Origin: Antedon mediterranea
Lineage: Eukaryota; Animalia; Echinodermata
NCBI RefSeq assembly: GCF_964355755.1
Contig: NC_092675.1
Coordinates: 30,600,912 to 30,664,911, forward strand
DNA length: 64,000 nucleotides
Direction: 5' to 3'
Part shown: positions 49,201 through 61,200 of the stretch, piece by piece
Layout of the letters: each line of letters opens with the position of its first letter
Position numbering within the stretch: position 1 is the stretch's first letter
Position numbers and translations under genes: made by a program
Notes under the pieces: generated by a model
What the model saw: the letters and a program-made list of their open reading frames with translations, nothing else
Database searches by the model: none
What the model was told of the DNA's origin: nothing

Positions 49201-52200
49201 AATTAAACCATAATATTGTATCAAACCCACAAATGGTTTTAGGATGTTATATTCAAACACTGTGTTTGTACAATTAAGATGTTTATCAAATGGAGTTTGT
49301 CTTATCATGAATTTTAAATAAAACCTTTGCGGCATTTGGCAATAAAGAATTTTATGATGTTTGTGTATCTGTCATAAACATGGGACATAAGTCAAGAGCC
49401 ATATGGATGTTCTAACATTAACATGATATTGCTGAGCATTAGGTGCTGTACCTTCAAAACACTAGTCTATCAAGCATTAGGTGCTGTACCTTCAAAACAC
49501 TAGTCTATCAAGCATTAGGTGCTGTACCTTCAAAACACTAGTCTATCAAGCATGAGGTGCTGTACCTTCAAAACACTAGTCTATCAAGCACGAGGTGCTG
49601 TACCTTCAAAACACTAGTCTATCAAGCACGAGGTGCTGTACCTTCAAAACACTAGTCTATCAAGCACGAGGTGCTGTACCTTCAAAACACTAGTCTATCA
49701 AGCATGAGGTGCTGTACCTTCAAAACACTAGTCTATAAAGCATGAGGTGCTGTACCTTCAAAACACTAGTCTATCAAGCATGAGGTGCTGTACCTTCAAA
49801 ACACTAGTCTATCAAGCATTAGGTGCTGTACCTTCAAAACACTAGTCTATCAAGCATTAGGTGCTGTACCTTCAAAACACTAGTCTATCAAGCATGAGGT
49901 GCTGTACCTTCAAAACACTAGTCTATCAAGCATGAGGTGCTGTACCTTCAAAACACTAGTCTATCAAGCATTAGGTGCTGTACCTTCAAAACACTAGTCT
50001 ATCAAGCATGAGGTGCTGTACCTTCAAAACACTAGTCTATCAAGCATGAGGTGCTGTACCTTCAAAACACTAGTCTATCAAGCATGAGGTGCTGTACCTT
50101 CAAAACACTAGTCTATCAAGCATTAGGTGCTGTACCTTCAAAACACTAGTCTATCAAGCATTAGGTGCTGTACCTTCAAAACACTAGTCTATCAAGCATT
50201 AGGTGCTGTACCTTCAAAACACTAGTCTATCAAGCATGAGGTGCTGTACCTTCAAAACACTAGTCTATCAAGCATGAGGTGCTGTACCTTCAAAACACTA
50301 GTCTATCAAGCATTAGGTGCTGTACCTTCAAAACACTAGTCTATCAAGAATGAGGTGCTGTACCTTCAAAACACTAGTCTATCAAGCACGAGGTGCTGTA
50401 CCTTCAAAACACTAGTCTATCAAGCATTAGGTGCTGTACCTTCAAAACACTAGTCTATCAAGCATTAGGTGCTGTACCTTCAAAACACTAGTCTATCAAG
50501 CATGAGGTGCTGTACCTTCAAAACACTAGTCTATCAAGCATGAGGTGCTGTACCTTCAAAACACTAGTCTATCAAGCATTAGGTGCTGTACCTTCAAAAC
50601 ACTAGTCTATCAAGCATTAGGTGCTGTACCTTCAAAACACTAGTCTATCAAGCATGAGGTGCTGTACCTTCAAAACACTAGTCTATCAAGCATGAGGTGC
50701 TGTACCTTCAAAACACTAGTCTATCAAGCATGAGGTGCTGTACCTTCAAAACACTAGTCTATCAAGCATGAGGTGCTGTACCTTCAAAACACTAGTCTAT
50801 CAAGCATTAGGTGCTGTACCTTCAAAACACTAGTCTATCAAGCATGAGGTGCTGTACCTTCAAAACACTAGTCTATCAAGCATGAGGTGCTGTACCTTCA
50901 AAACACTAGTCTATCAAGCATGAGGTGCTGTACCTTCAAAACACTAGTCTATCAAGCATTAGGTGCTGTACCTTCAAAACACTAGTCTATCAAGCACGAG
51001 GTGCTGTACCTTCAAAACACTAGTCTATCAAGCATGAGGTGGGTCATTCCATCTCAGTTCACCCAAAAAAAATGGAATTTTAAACCCTACCTCTTCCAAT
51101 TTTGATGAAATTTGGTATATGGGTGATTCATAGCAATTAAAGCCAAAATTTCAAATTTTAACTTTATCGGACCAACGGTTTTCGAGATATCGCAATTTCA
51201 ATTTTCGGTTTTTACGCAAAAAAGCGCGCGGCCGCCACGTTTCAAAGAGCTGTATCTCGGGAACTATAGGTTCGATTTTAAAAACAAAGGTATTTTTGTA
51301 AAGGGGAGACCATAAGGAACCTAAATATACTAATTGTGTGTGTTTTATGTTAATTTTAAGTTGAATAAAACTTTGACATATATTTTGACCTTGAAATTGA
51401 CCCCGTGGAACACGCCCGATTTGTTGGTGACTATCACAAAAAATGTAGCCCTACGTGTCAACTACAACATATAAAAAAATTGGAGGGGTTTTTTTTCTTT
51501 GTTTCCATGAAATTACAATTTGAAGTTGACATACCTCTTCCTTTATAGTGTATTTTTGGTGTTGTTATACTTATACACAGTGTGAACACTAACTGTTAAG
51601 GTGTCTTATTGTTACGCTTTCTCATCAGGCCCACTTAAACAGTAGATATATTTTGATATGAGAAATACTGGGTAACTCGCATACTTTTCAAATCAATTTT
51701 GACACATAGTTTAGTGTCCTTACTATGTTATTATGCACATTAACATATGCATAATAAGTGATTGCAGAGAACATACAACAGTTACTGTATATGCCTTTTT
51801 AAAGGTTGTCATCCCCTATATAAAAACAAAACTACCAACCATGAAAAAAGTTCATTATTTCACAGATGGATGTGGCGGCCAATACAAAAACAAATATAAC
51901 TTTATTAACCTTTGCCACCACCAGGAAGATTTTGGTTTAGACGCCGAGTGGAATTTTTTCGCTACATCACATGGCAAGAGTGCGTGTGATGGCATAGGTG
52001 GAACAGTTAAGAGGCTTGTCACTAAGAGAAGCTTACAGCGTTTGACTGAATGTCATATTATCACATCTCTCAGTATGTTCGACTACTGTGTAATTTTTTA
52101 TTTTTATTATATGTCTTTAGGCAATGTGGCCAAGGATTATCAATAGTGAATTAATCACTGTCCTATCAGATAGGTGGTAATCCCCCTGATACAGGGGCTA

Positions 52201-55200
52201 TTGTGTGAACCAGTTCACCGGGGTAACCCCCTACTCTTTTTCGAATAATGAACTGGGTTCTTTAAAGTACACACATGTTATAACTGGACTGGACCTACGG
52301 TTTATAGTCCTTATCCGAGAAGACTTGTTCCACCACCAGAACGGAGCGAGTCGGCCTCGAACCCTTGCCGATGTTGTTGTTGGCTCTTTTAGGTACGGTA
52401 AACGGCGCCCCTGCCTTAACCGCTCGGCCATATGACTCGCTCATATGGACATTCCAGGCATCAACTTTTTTCATGTGGGAATAGATGAGGTATCTACTGT
52501 GGAAAAAGAAATAAAGCCGAGATTCAACCTCGCCCAGACCATCAAGGGTACATTAGAATATCATCGCTTTGTTCCCGTTTCTCTGGCACAGATGCAGGTC
52601 TACAAACTTAGTACCCAGATAAACCCTCCGGATGTGGTAGTGATTCAAGAATCTTTCAGTGATGAAAATGAAATTGTTGCTGATACACAACCCACCATTA
52701 TTAGACTTCAGAATTTTGTGTGCTGTAGTTATGATGGTGTCCCATGGATTGGTTTGGTGGTGGATGTCTCACTCTCAGAAGAGTTTGGGGATTTTCAAAT
52801 TAAATTTATGCATCCTCATGGGTCAGCGAAAACCTTTTATTGGCCGTCCAAAGAAGACTGTTGTTGGATTCCTGAATCAAATGTACATTGTATTATAGCC
52901 TCTCCGTTTATAAAATCCTCTTCGACTAGGAATTACAGTATTTCCCAAAATGATCGCCACAACATTTCTAAATACTGTTTGAATTGTCCAGATGACAAGG
53001 AGTAAAGGCCAGACATAGACAATTGTAACATTATAATAATATTTAGTTTGTAAATAAAATTAATTTTGGAATACATCAAATTGACATTGAAGTAATGCAT
53101 GGACAGACACCAAAAATACACTAAAAGGAAGAGGTATGTCAACTTCAAATTGTAATTTCATGGAAACAAAGAAAAAAAACCCCTCCAATTTTTTTATATG
53201 TTGTAGTTGACACGTAGGGCTACATTTTTCATGATAGTCACCAACAAAACGGGCGTGTTCCACGGGGTCAATTTCAAGGTCAAAATATATGTCAAAGTTT
53301 TATTCAACTTAAAATTAACATAAAACACACACAATTAGTATATTTAGATTCCTTATGGTCTCCCCTTTACAAAAATACCTTTGCTTTTAAAATCGAACCT
53401 ATAGTTCCCGAGATACAGCTCTTTGAAACGTGGCGGACGCGCCCTTTTTTGCGTAAAAACCGAAAAGTGAAATTGCGATATCTTAAAAACCGTTGGTCCG
53501 ATAAAGTTAAAATTTGATATTTTGGCTTTAATTGCTATGAATCACCCATATACCAAATTTCATCAAAATTGGAAGAGGTAGGGTTTAACTCATTGGGTGA
53601 TCTGAGATGGAATGACCCAGGTGCTGTACCTTCAAAACACTAGTCTATCAAGCATGAGGTGCTGTACCTTCAAAACACTAGTCTATCAAGCATTAGGTGC
53701 TGTACCTTCAAAACACTAGTCTATCAAGCATTAGGTGCTGTACCTTCAAAACACTAGTCTATCAAGCATTAGGTGCTGTACCTTCAAAACACTAGTCTAT
53801 CAAGCATTAGGTGCTGTACCTTCAAAACACTAGTCTATAAAGCATTAGGTGCTGTACCTTCAAAACACTAGTCTATCAAGCATTAGGTGCTGTACCTTCA
53901 AAACACTAGTCTATCAAGCATTAGGTGCTGTACCTTCAAAACACTAGTCTATCAAGAATGAGGTGCTGTACCTTCAAAACACTAGTCTATCAAGCACGAG
54001 GTGCTGTACCTTCAAAACACTAGTCTATCAAGCATTAGGTGCTGTACCTTCAAAACACTAGTCTATCAAGCATTAGGTGCTGTACCTTCAAAACACTAGT
54101 CTATCAAGCATTAGGTGCTGTACCTTCAAAACACTAGTCTATCAAGCATTAGGTGCTGTACCTTCAAAACACTAGTCTATCAAGCACGAGGTGCTGTACC
54201 TTCAAAACACTAGTCTATAAAGAATGAGGTGCTGTACCTTCAAAACACTAGTCTATCAAGCATTAGGTGCTGTACCTTCAAAACACTAGTCTATCAAGCA
54301 CGAGGTGCTGTACCTTCAAAACACTAGTCTATCAAGAATGAGGTGCTGTACCTTCAAAACACTAGTCTATCAAGAATGAGGTGCTGTACCTTCAAAACAC
54401 TAGTCTATCAAGCATTAGGTGCTGTACCTTCAAAACACTAGTCTATCAAGCATTAGGTGCTGTACCTTCAAAACACTAGTCTATCAAGCACGAGGTGCTG
54501 TACCTTCAAAACACTAGTCTATCAAGCATGAGGTGCTGTACCTTCAAAACACTAGTCTATCAAGCATGAGGTGCTGTACCTTCAAAACACTAGTCTATCA
54601 AGCATGAGGTGCTGTACCTTCAAAACACTAGTCTATCAAGCACGAGGTGCTGTACCTTCAAAACACTAGTCTATCAAGCATTAGGTGCTGTACCTTCAAA
54701 ACACTAGTCTATCAAGCATGAGGTGCTGTACCTTCAAAACACTAGTCTATCAAGCATTAGGTGCTGTACCTTCAAAACACTAGTCTATCAAGCATTAGGT
54801 GCTGTACCTTCAAAACACTAGTCTATCAAGCATGAGGTGCTGTACCTTCAAAACACTAGTCTATCAAGCACGAGGTGCTGTACCTTCAAAACACTAGTCT
54901 ATCAAGCATTAGGTGCTGTACCTTCAAAACACTAGTCTATCAAGCATGAGGTGCTGTACCTTCAAAACACTAGTCTATCAAGCATTAGGTGCTGTACCTT
55001 CAAAACACTAGTCTATCAAGCATGAGGTGCTGTACCTTCAAAACACTAGTCTATCAAGCATGAGGTGCTGTACCTTCAAAACACTAGTCTATCAAGCACG
55101 AGGTGCTGTACCTTCAAAACACTAGTCTATCAAGCATTAGGTGCTGTACCTTCAAAACACTAGTCTATCAAGCATGAGGTGCTGTACCTTCAAAACACTA

Positions 55201-58200
55201 GTCTATAAAGCATGAGGTGCTGTACCTTCAAAACACTAGTCTATCAAGCATGAGGTGCTGTACCTTCAAAACACTAGTCTATCAAGCATGAGGTGCTGTA
55301 CCTTCAAAACACTAGTCTATCAAGCATGAGGTGCTGTACCTTCAAAACACTAGTCTATAAAGCATGAGGTGCTGTACCTTCAAAACACTAGTCTATCAAG
55401 CATGAGGTGCTGTACCTTCAAAACACTAGTCTATCAAGCATTAGGTGCTGTACCTTCAAAACACTAGTCTATAAAGCATGAGGTGCTGTACCTTCAAAAC
55501 ACTAGTCTATCAAGCATGAGGTGCTGTACCTTCAAAACACTAGTCTATCAAGCATGAGGTGCTGTACCTTCAAAACACTAGTCTATCAAGCATGAGGTGC
55601 TGTACCTTCAAAACACTAGTCTATCAAGCATGAGGTGCTGTACCTTCAAAACACTAGTCTATCAAGCATTAGGTGCTGTACCTTCAAAACACTAGTCTAT
55701 CAAGCATGAGGTGCTGTACCTTCAAAACACTAGTCTATCAAGCACGAGGTGCTGTACCTTCAAAACACTAGTCTATCAAGCATGAGGTGCTGTACCTTCA
55801 AAACACTAGTCTATCAAGCATGAGGTGCTGTACCTTCAAAACACTAGTCTATCAAGCATTAGGTGCTGTACCTTCAAAACACTAGTCTATCAAGCATGAG
55901 GTGCTGTACCTTCAAAACACTAGTCTATCAAGCATGAGGTGCTGTACCTTCAAAACACTAGTCTATCAAGCATGAGGTGCTGTACCTTCAAAACACTAGT
56001 CTATCAAGCACGAGGTGCTGTACCTTCAAAACACTAGTCTATAAAGCATGAGGTGCTGTACCTTCAAAACACTAGTCTATCAAGAATGAGGTGCTGTACC
56101 TTCAAAACACTAGTCTATCAAGCATGAGGTGCTGTACCTTCAAAACACTAGTCTATAAAGCATGAGGTGCTGTACCTTCAAAACACTAGTCTATAAAGCA
56201 TGAGCTACCTTTAAAACACTAGTCTATAAAGCATGAGCTACCTTTAATTTTAAACATGCAATGCACTCGTAGTTTGGAATAAAAACACACTGTCAATTTC
56301 ATACTGTCTATTTATAGATTTCATACAAATATTAGATACCATTATTAAAAAAGGAATAATAAACACGGTAAAGAATTTCATTTTTAGGAACACAATTTTA
56401 CACCTTTATTACAATGCAGTTGAATTTTTCAGCAAGTACAAGCGCACCAAAAATAATTTGACCAATCTCAATGCAATGGCTCATTCAAACTGTTGCTTGT
56501 GATTGGTCAAATGCATTGTGTCTATACGCCATTGCAAAACCAAACTTAATACGAAAAAACTACAGATACATGACAAAAAAACATTCCAATCAAGTTATTA
56601 CAGTTGTTTATTATTATTACTATGAAATTAGTCACCATTTCAATGTGGACTTTTTAGGATAATGAAATTACTGCTGTGCTATTGTGTTACTGCAATAATT
56701 CTATTTCATTTTCATTCAAATCATGAGACATATAATTTAAGAGGAAATTGGTGGTTGTCTTGTGATTCTGTGGAAGATTACAGTTCAACAGTATCATGTG
56801 AATTGTACGGTATTATACACAGGATTACTGTTATTTTGAGGTAAACTCCAATTTGAAAACTAGAATTATTCATGTATTTATGACATTTTGATGATTTCAA
56901 TGAAGTAATTTCATCATGGTGTAATTTAGAAATTAATTCCATCACGTTGACAAATTTAATTCACAGTTTAAATCTAGTGTATGGTTCATTTTCCCCAGAC
57001 TCAATTTATATTAAGTCATTAAACTTAATTACATATTAATAGACATTAGCATAAAGATTACAACTAACTCAATTAACAAACTGTGCAATTATAATCATAC
57101 TGGTATGATATGTCCCAATCAACTGACATATTTGTAACTGTACTTTGTCTTTTATTGAGACGCTCTTGTTTCTATAGGGGTCCTCTGCAAGAGTGGAATT
57201 GTGGCTTGGTGGTTATGATGCTTGGCTACCACTCCAACCAAGGGTCCTGGGTTCAAGTCCCGTCACATGTCAGGATTTTTTCTAAGGACAAAATTACAAC
57301 TCCACTCCCAAAGACTTGTAATAACACTTTCGTTTATGTAGAGCATCTTATGTATATGTTTGTCTTGTGAACCTCTGAGGGTCCCTAATAATCAGCAATT
57401 ACTGGATGGATCACCCTCATTAAAATATGGTAAAAAAAAAAAAAAAAAAAAAATCTGACTTGATATTAAGTAGTCCCTATGATTTGTGAATATTGACTAG
57501 TAGTACCGTATTTTCCGGAGTATAGGTGGACCCCAAGTATAAGTCGACCCCCAACTTTGCCCTAAAATATCGTTGATTTTGGTATGACCTGAATATAAGT
57601 CGACCCCCAAAATCAGCTAATAACACAACTTACTTTAAAGTTCAAAGAGGGCTAGAAATGTATGAAATGCGGTTGTTTGTTTATATTATTAAAGTGTAAT
57701 CAATAATATTTATAAGACAATCTATTATTATTATTTATGTAAACCACAACGACTTCGCCATCGTCTTCACTAGCCTATAATAAATGACAGCGATGTAGCG
57801 TTACTTGCCATCAGCAATGTTTTTTCGCGTCACTCGAATAAATTTAAACAAGTTTTCCGTTAGGAGGCTTATTAAATTGTACAGGCGAGTAGTTGTAAAT
57901 CGCGTTATCTGTAAATGTACACGCGTCCGACTAAGGAGAATTTATTTTATGAATAGACATGCGCAGTAATTGTAATTACAAACAAACAAACTGCGCATGT
58001 GTATAGATGAAAATATCGCGCAATAACAAACATGCTGCATGGACATTCCGACGTCGTGTAGTTCGTTTGTGGTGTGTGTTACGATGTTTTCGCGAGTGAA
58101 TAAGAAGCATATAAAACAAAAACTATTTATTCTTAATTACCTTAAAAGCGTAATATTAACATCAAAATGAGTCTTTGTGATATATTAATATTTTATTGAC

Positions 58201-61200
58201 CAGTACTTGTTGGAGTTGTATTATTTTGTACAATGTAGGTAGGCCTATTAAATTGAAAACTTCTGTGAGTGATTGATGATAGGCCACTGACCTTGCTAGG
58301 CCTTGACAGCTGACAGCTTTTGAACAAATTTTTTCGGCTTGATTTTTTTCAAAAATCGCATGGTCGGAGTATAAGTGGACCCCCCGATTTTGCAATTAAA
58401 ATTTTCCCACAAAGTCTCGACCTATACTCCGGAAAATACGGTACACCATTATCTAATAATATAGCTCTAAAAACATACTTATTATACAGTGATCAAGAAA
58501 CATAAAACTGTGTTTAGAAAATGGCAGAACACTACTATAAGCTCAAAAGCTTGTTTCTAAAGGTTCCTCCAGCAACACTGTAGATTGTCACATGATTTTT
58601 GTGTGAATATTAATATTAAATGCATGTCACGTCTTGTGAGGCTCACACTATATTTTTACCCAATCTCAAGCTTTCATGCCACACACCTAAAATCTGACAC
58701 TTTAAAAAAATCTCACTATTTCATTAAACCAATAATTTTCACTAAAAAGAACTTAATTGTATCATGCCTAGAACAACTGATCCTAGGCCCTTAATTGTAT
58801 TGTCTATCATGCCTAGAACTGATCCTAGGCCACAACAAGCAAAGCAACATAACATCAACTTATTTTACGTTTCGTTCTATTCTACCCAATTTTATTGATA
58901 CTTCTTTTTAGGGGTTGGAGATTTATAGTGGGGTTAAAATTGGTAAACCTAAAGCCAGCAGCAACCTCTAAGTTGACATGTATGTTTGGCTCACCATTTT
59001 ATTTAATCACACTCTGAAATATATACTGTCATTACCTATGCAATATCAACGAAGCAAATATGATGCTTATACAGTATTGGTAAATTTGCTGGTTGAATTG
59101 GGTCAGAAAACAATCATTTGAATAGTTTAATAAAACAGACATCTCATATTACTAGTCACAATCAATTCAAACCAGGAATCTACACAAACCTTTTATTTTA
59201 GTTTGTTTCATTTGAATTTTCCCATGAACACGTTGTTTGTTTTGCTTTACACTATTACAGCCTTCTATGTCTGAATCTAACAATATAAACAAGCTAAACC
59301 TTAATGTATTGAAAATATGATATCCTAAGATGTGTACAGTAGTGTAGGTGTATATTGGGATAGAGTATTATGTACCTATGTATGGATTATAACGCTTAAT
59401 GTAGAACCAACATTAGGGTTAGGTCACTCAACTACATACTATTCATTTATTTCCTTTATATCGGATCGTACATTCATACATATAAAAAACAAAAAAGGAG
59501 AAACAAATTCACCAGGAAATTAACAATAGCATCTCCCACAAAAACAACCTAAAATATCTATTTACACAATGCTGATGCAGGTTGGATTGTAAATAGGAAA
59601 ACCAACTCTCATATTATTTACTGAATTTATAAATTGGTAAAACATGGCTTTTTTAAGCAGAAGAGGCACTAACAAACATGGTTGATACAAATGTCAATTG
59701 AGAACAAACTTCAAGCAAAAGAGACAATCATCCCTCAACCCTCTCACAATCATTCCTCAACAAAACACTACTACTTTTACTCCCTTCCCACCTCACTCCA
59801 ACCAACCAACCAAATAAAACAAACCACCTTCCATACCCTGCCATTACACCATATGTCACTGATAGCACCAATAATTGTGTTAATTAGACATCAATTAGTA
59901 CAATCAAAACATCCCTTTGTTTATATAACTAGTACAGAACAGTTGTCAGTCTGCTAATTAACTAATGATAAAATTGATAGTTAATTGATTGATTTTGTAT
60001 TCAATAAACAAAACTATATCCTGAAATAAGTGTAGTGAGGTGATAAAATATTGATTCCTAATAAAAATGCTCTGAAAGCAAACAACAAAAACGTGACAAT
60101 GAGTGCAGAGTGTTAACAACTTGATGGGTATATGTTGTGACTGCTAACAGATGATGGCATAGCAAATGAGTGCAGAGTGTTAACAACTTGATGGGTATGT
60201 TGTGACTGCTAACAGATGATGGCATAGCAAATGAGTGCAGAGTGTTAACAACTTGATGGGTATGTTGTGACTGCTAACAGATGATGGCATAAGAAATACT
60301 ACAGTTCAATTAAGCTGCTAGTGCTAGTCTACAATTATAAACTGACAACAAAAGGGTGTAGACAGAATTTTAAAAAATGCTTGGATTTAGATCCTGGATG
60401 CAAAAATAAATCATTAAAGTTTTGTTTGACCAATAATAAGTGACAGATCATTCAAACTATCTTGTGACAAAAGTTGCTAAAAACTACAAAAAACATTTAA
60501 ATTACATCAGTACAGAAGCTGTTGGCCTCTTTGGTCACTCCTTGGCGCAATCTAGCTATTTTTTGTCTTGTTTGTATAAATGTGTTTGTCGAAATCAATA
60601 AAATTAAATTAAAATTTAAGTGAACTTATACTTTAATACCCTTGTGATCTTGTAACCACCAGTAACTCATAAACAATTAGCATGATAAAAAACCTGTTGT
60701 TAATGAATGTAGCTCTAGCATGAATTTACTGCCATGAATATTCATACAACTTTACAATAATACTAATCATCATTTTATTGTATTTGATAAATATATCCTT
60801 GTTATTGTTATTAATAAGTAAAAGCCACTGGGAGAGCCAATGATGAAAGAATAAAATACTAATTATTATCTTGTAAATCAATAAAGAAAATATGAAATTG
60901 TCGCATAGAGTTATAAAAAGGCGTTGATTATAATAAGAATGGAAGTGAGGGGTATTGATGCATGCTTAATAATACATTGTAAGCTATGATCCAACCTACG
61001 TTAATCAATACAACTAGGCAAATTTAATTGTTACAATAATATTTTCATTTTGCAACCAGGACAATAGCAGTTGGGGGCAGGCTTCACATGTAACATACCA
61101 TCATATAAAATAATCATTTTCGTAAAGGAGTCAAATGTTACTAAAAAATAGTAAGATTGGGAAAGTAAAGAAAAGGAATATCATTTTAAATTAATTTGAG

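Larger units (their letters stand above)
51041..53618 (+). mobile_element. Internally deleted Sola2-type DNA transposon, ~520-bp TIRs, 4-bp TSD (AGGT)
   Basis: TIRs 51041-51562 and 53107-53618 (gggtcattccatctcag...ctgagatggaatgaccc). aggt occurs at 51037-51040 and 53619-53622. GRG..CYC ends, long TIRs and a 4-bp TSD fit Sola2. Confidence 0.85.

Noticed and set aside
52330-52444. tRNA gene
   Set aside because: It has A/B boxes and an acceptor stem, but the anticodon/variable region is irregular and it continues into a SINE body and tail.
49435-56243. 38-bp repeat array as a CRISPR array
   Set aside because: Units are head-to-tail with no unique spacers, variation is limited to a few positions, there are no cas genes, and the context is a eukaryotic intron.
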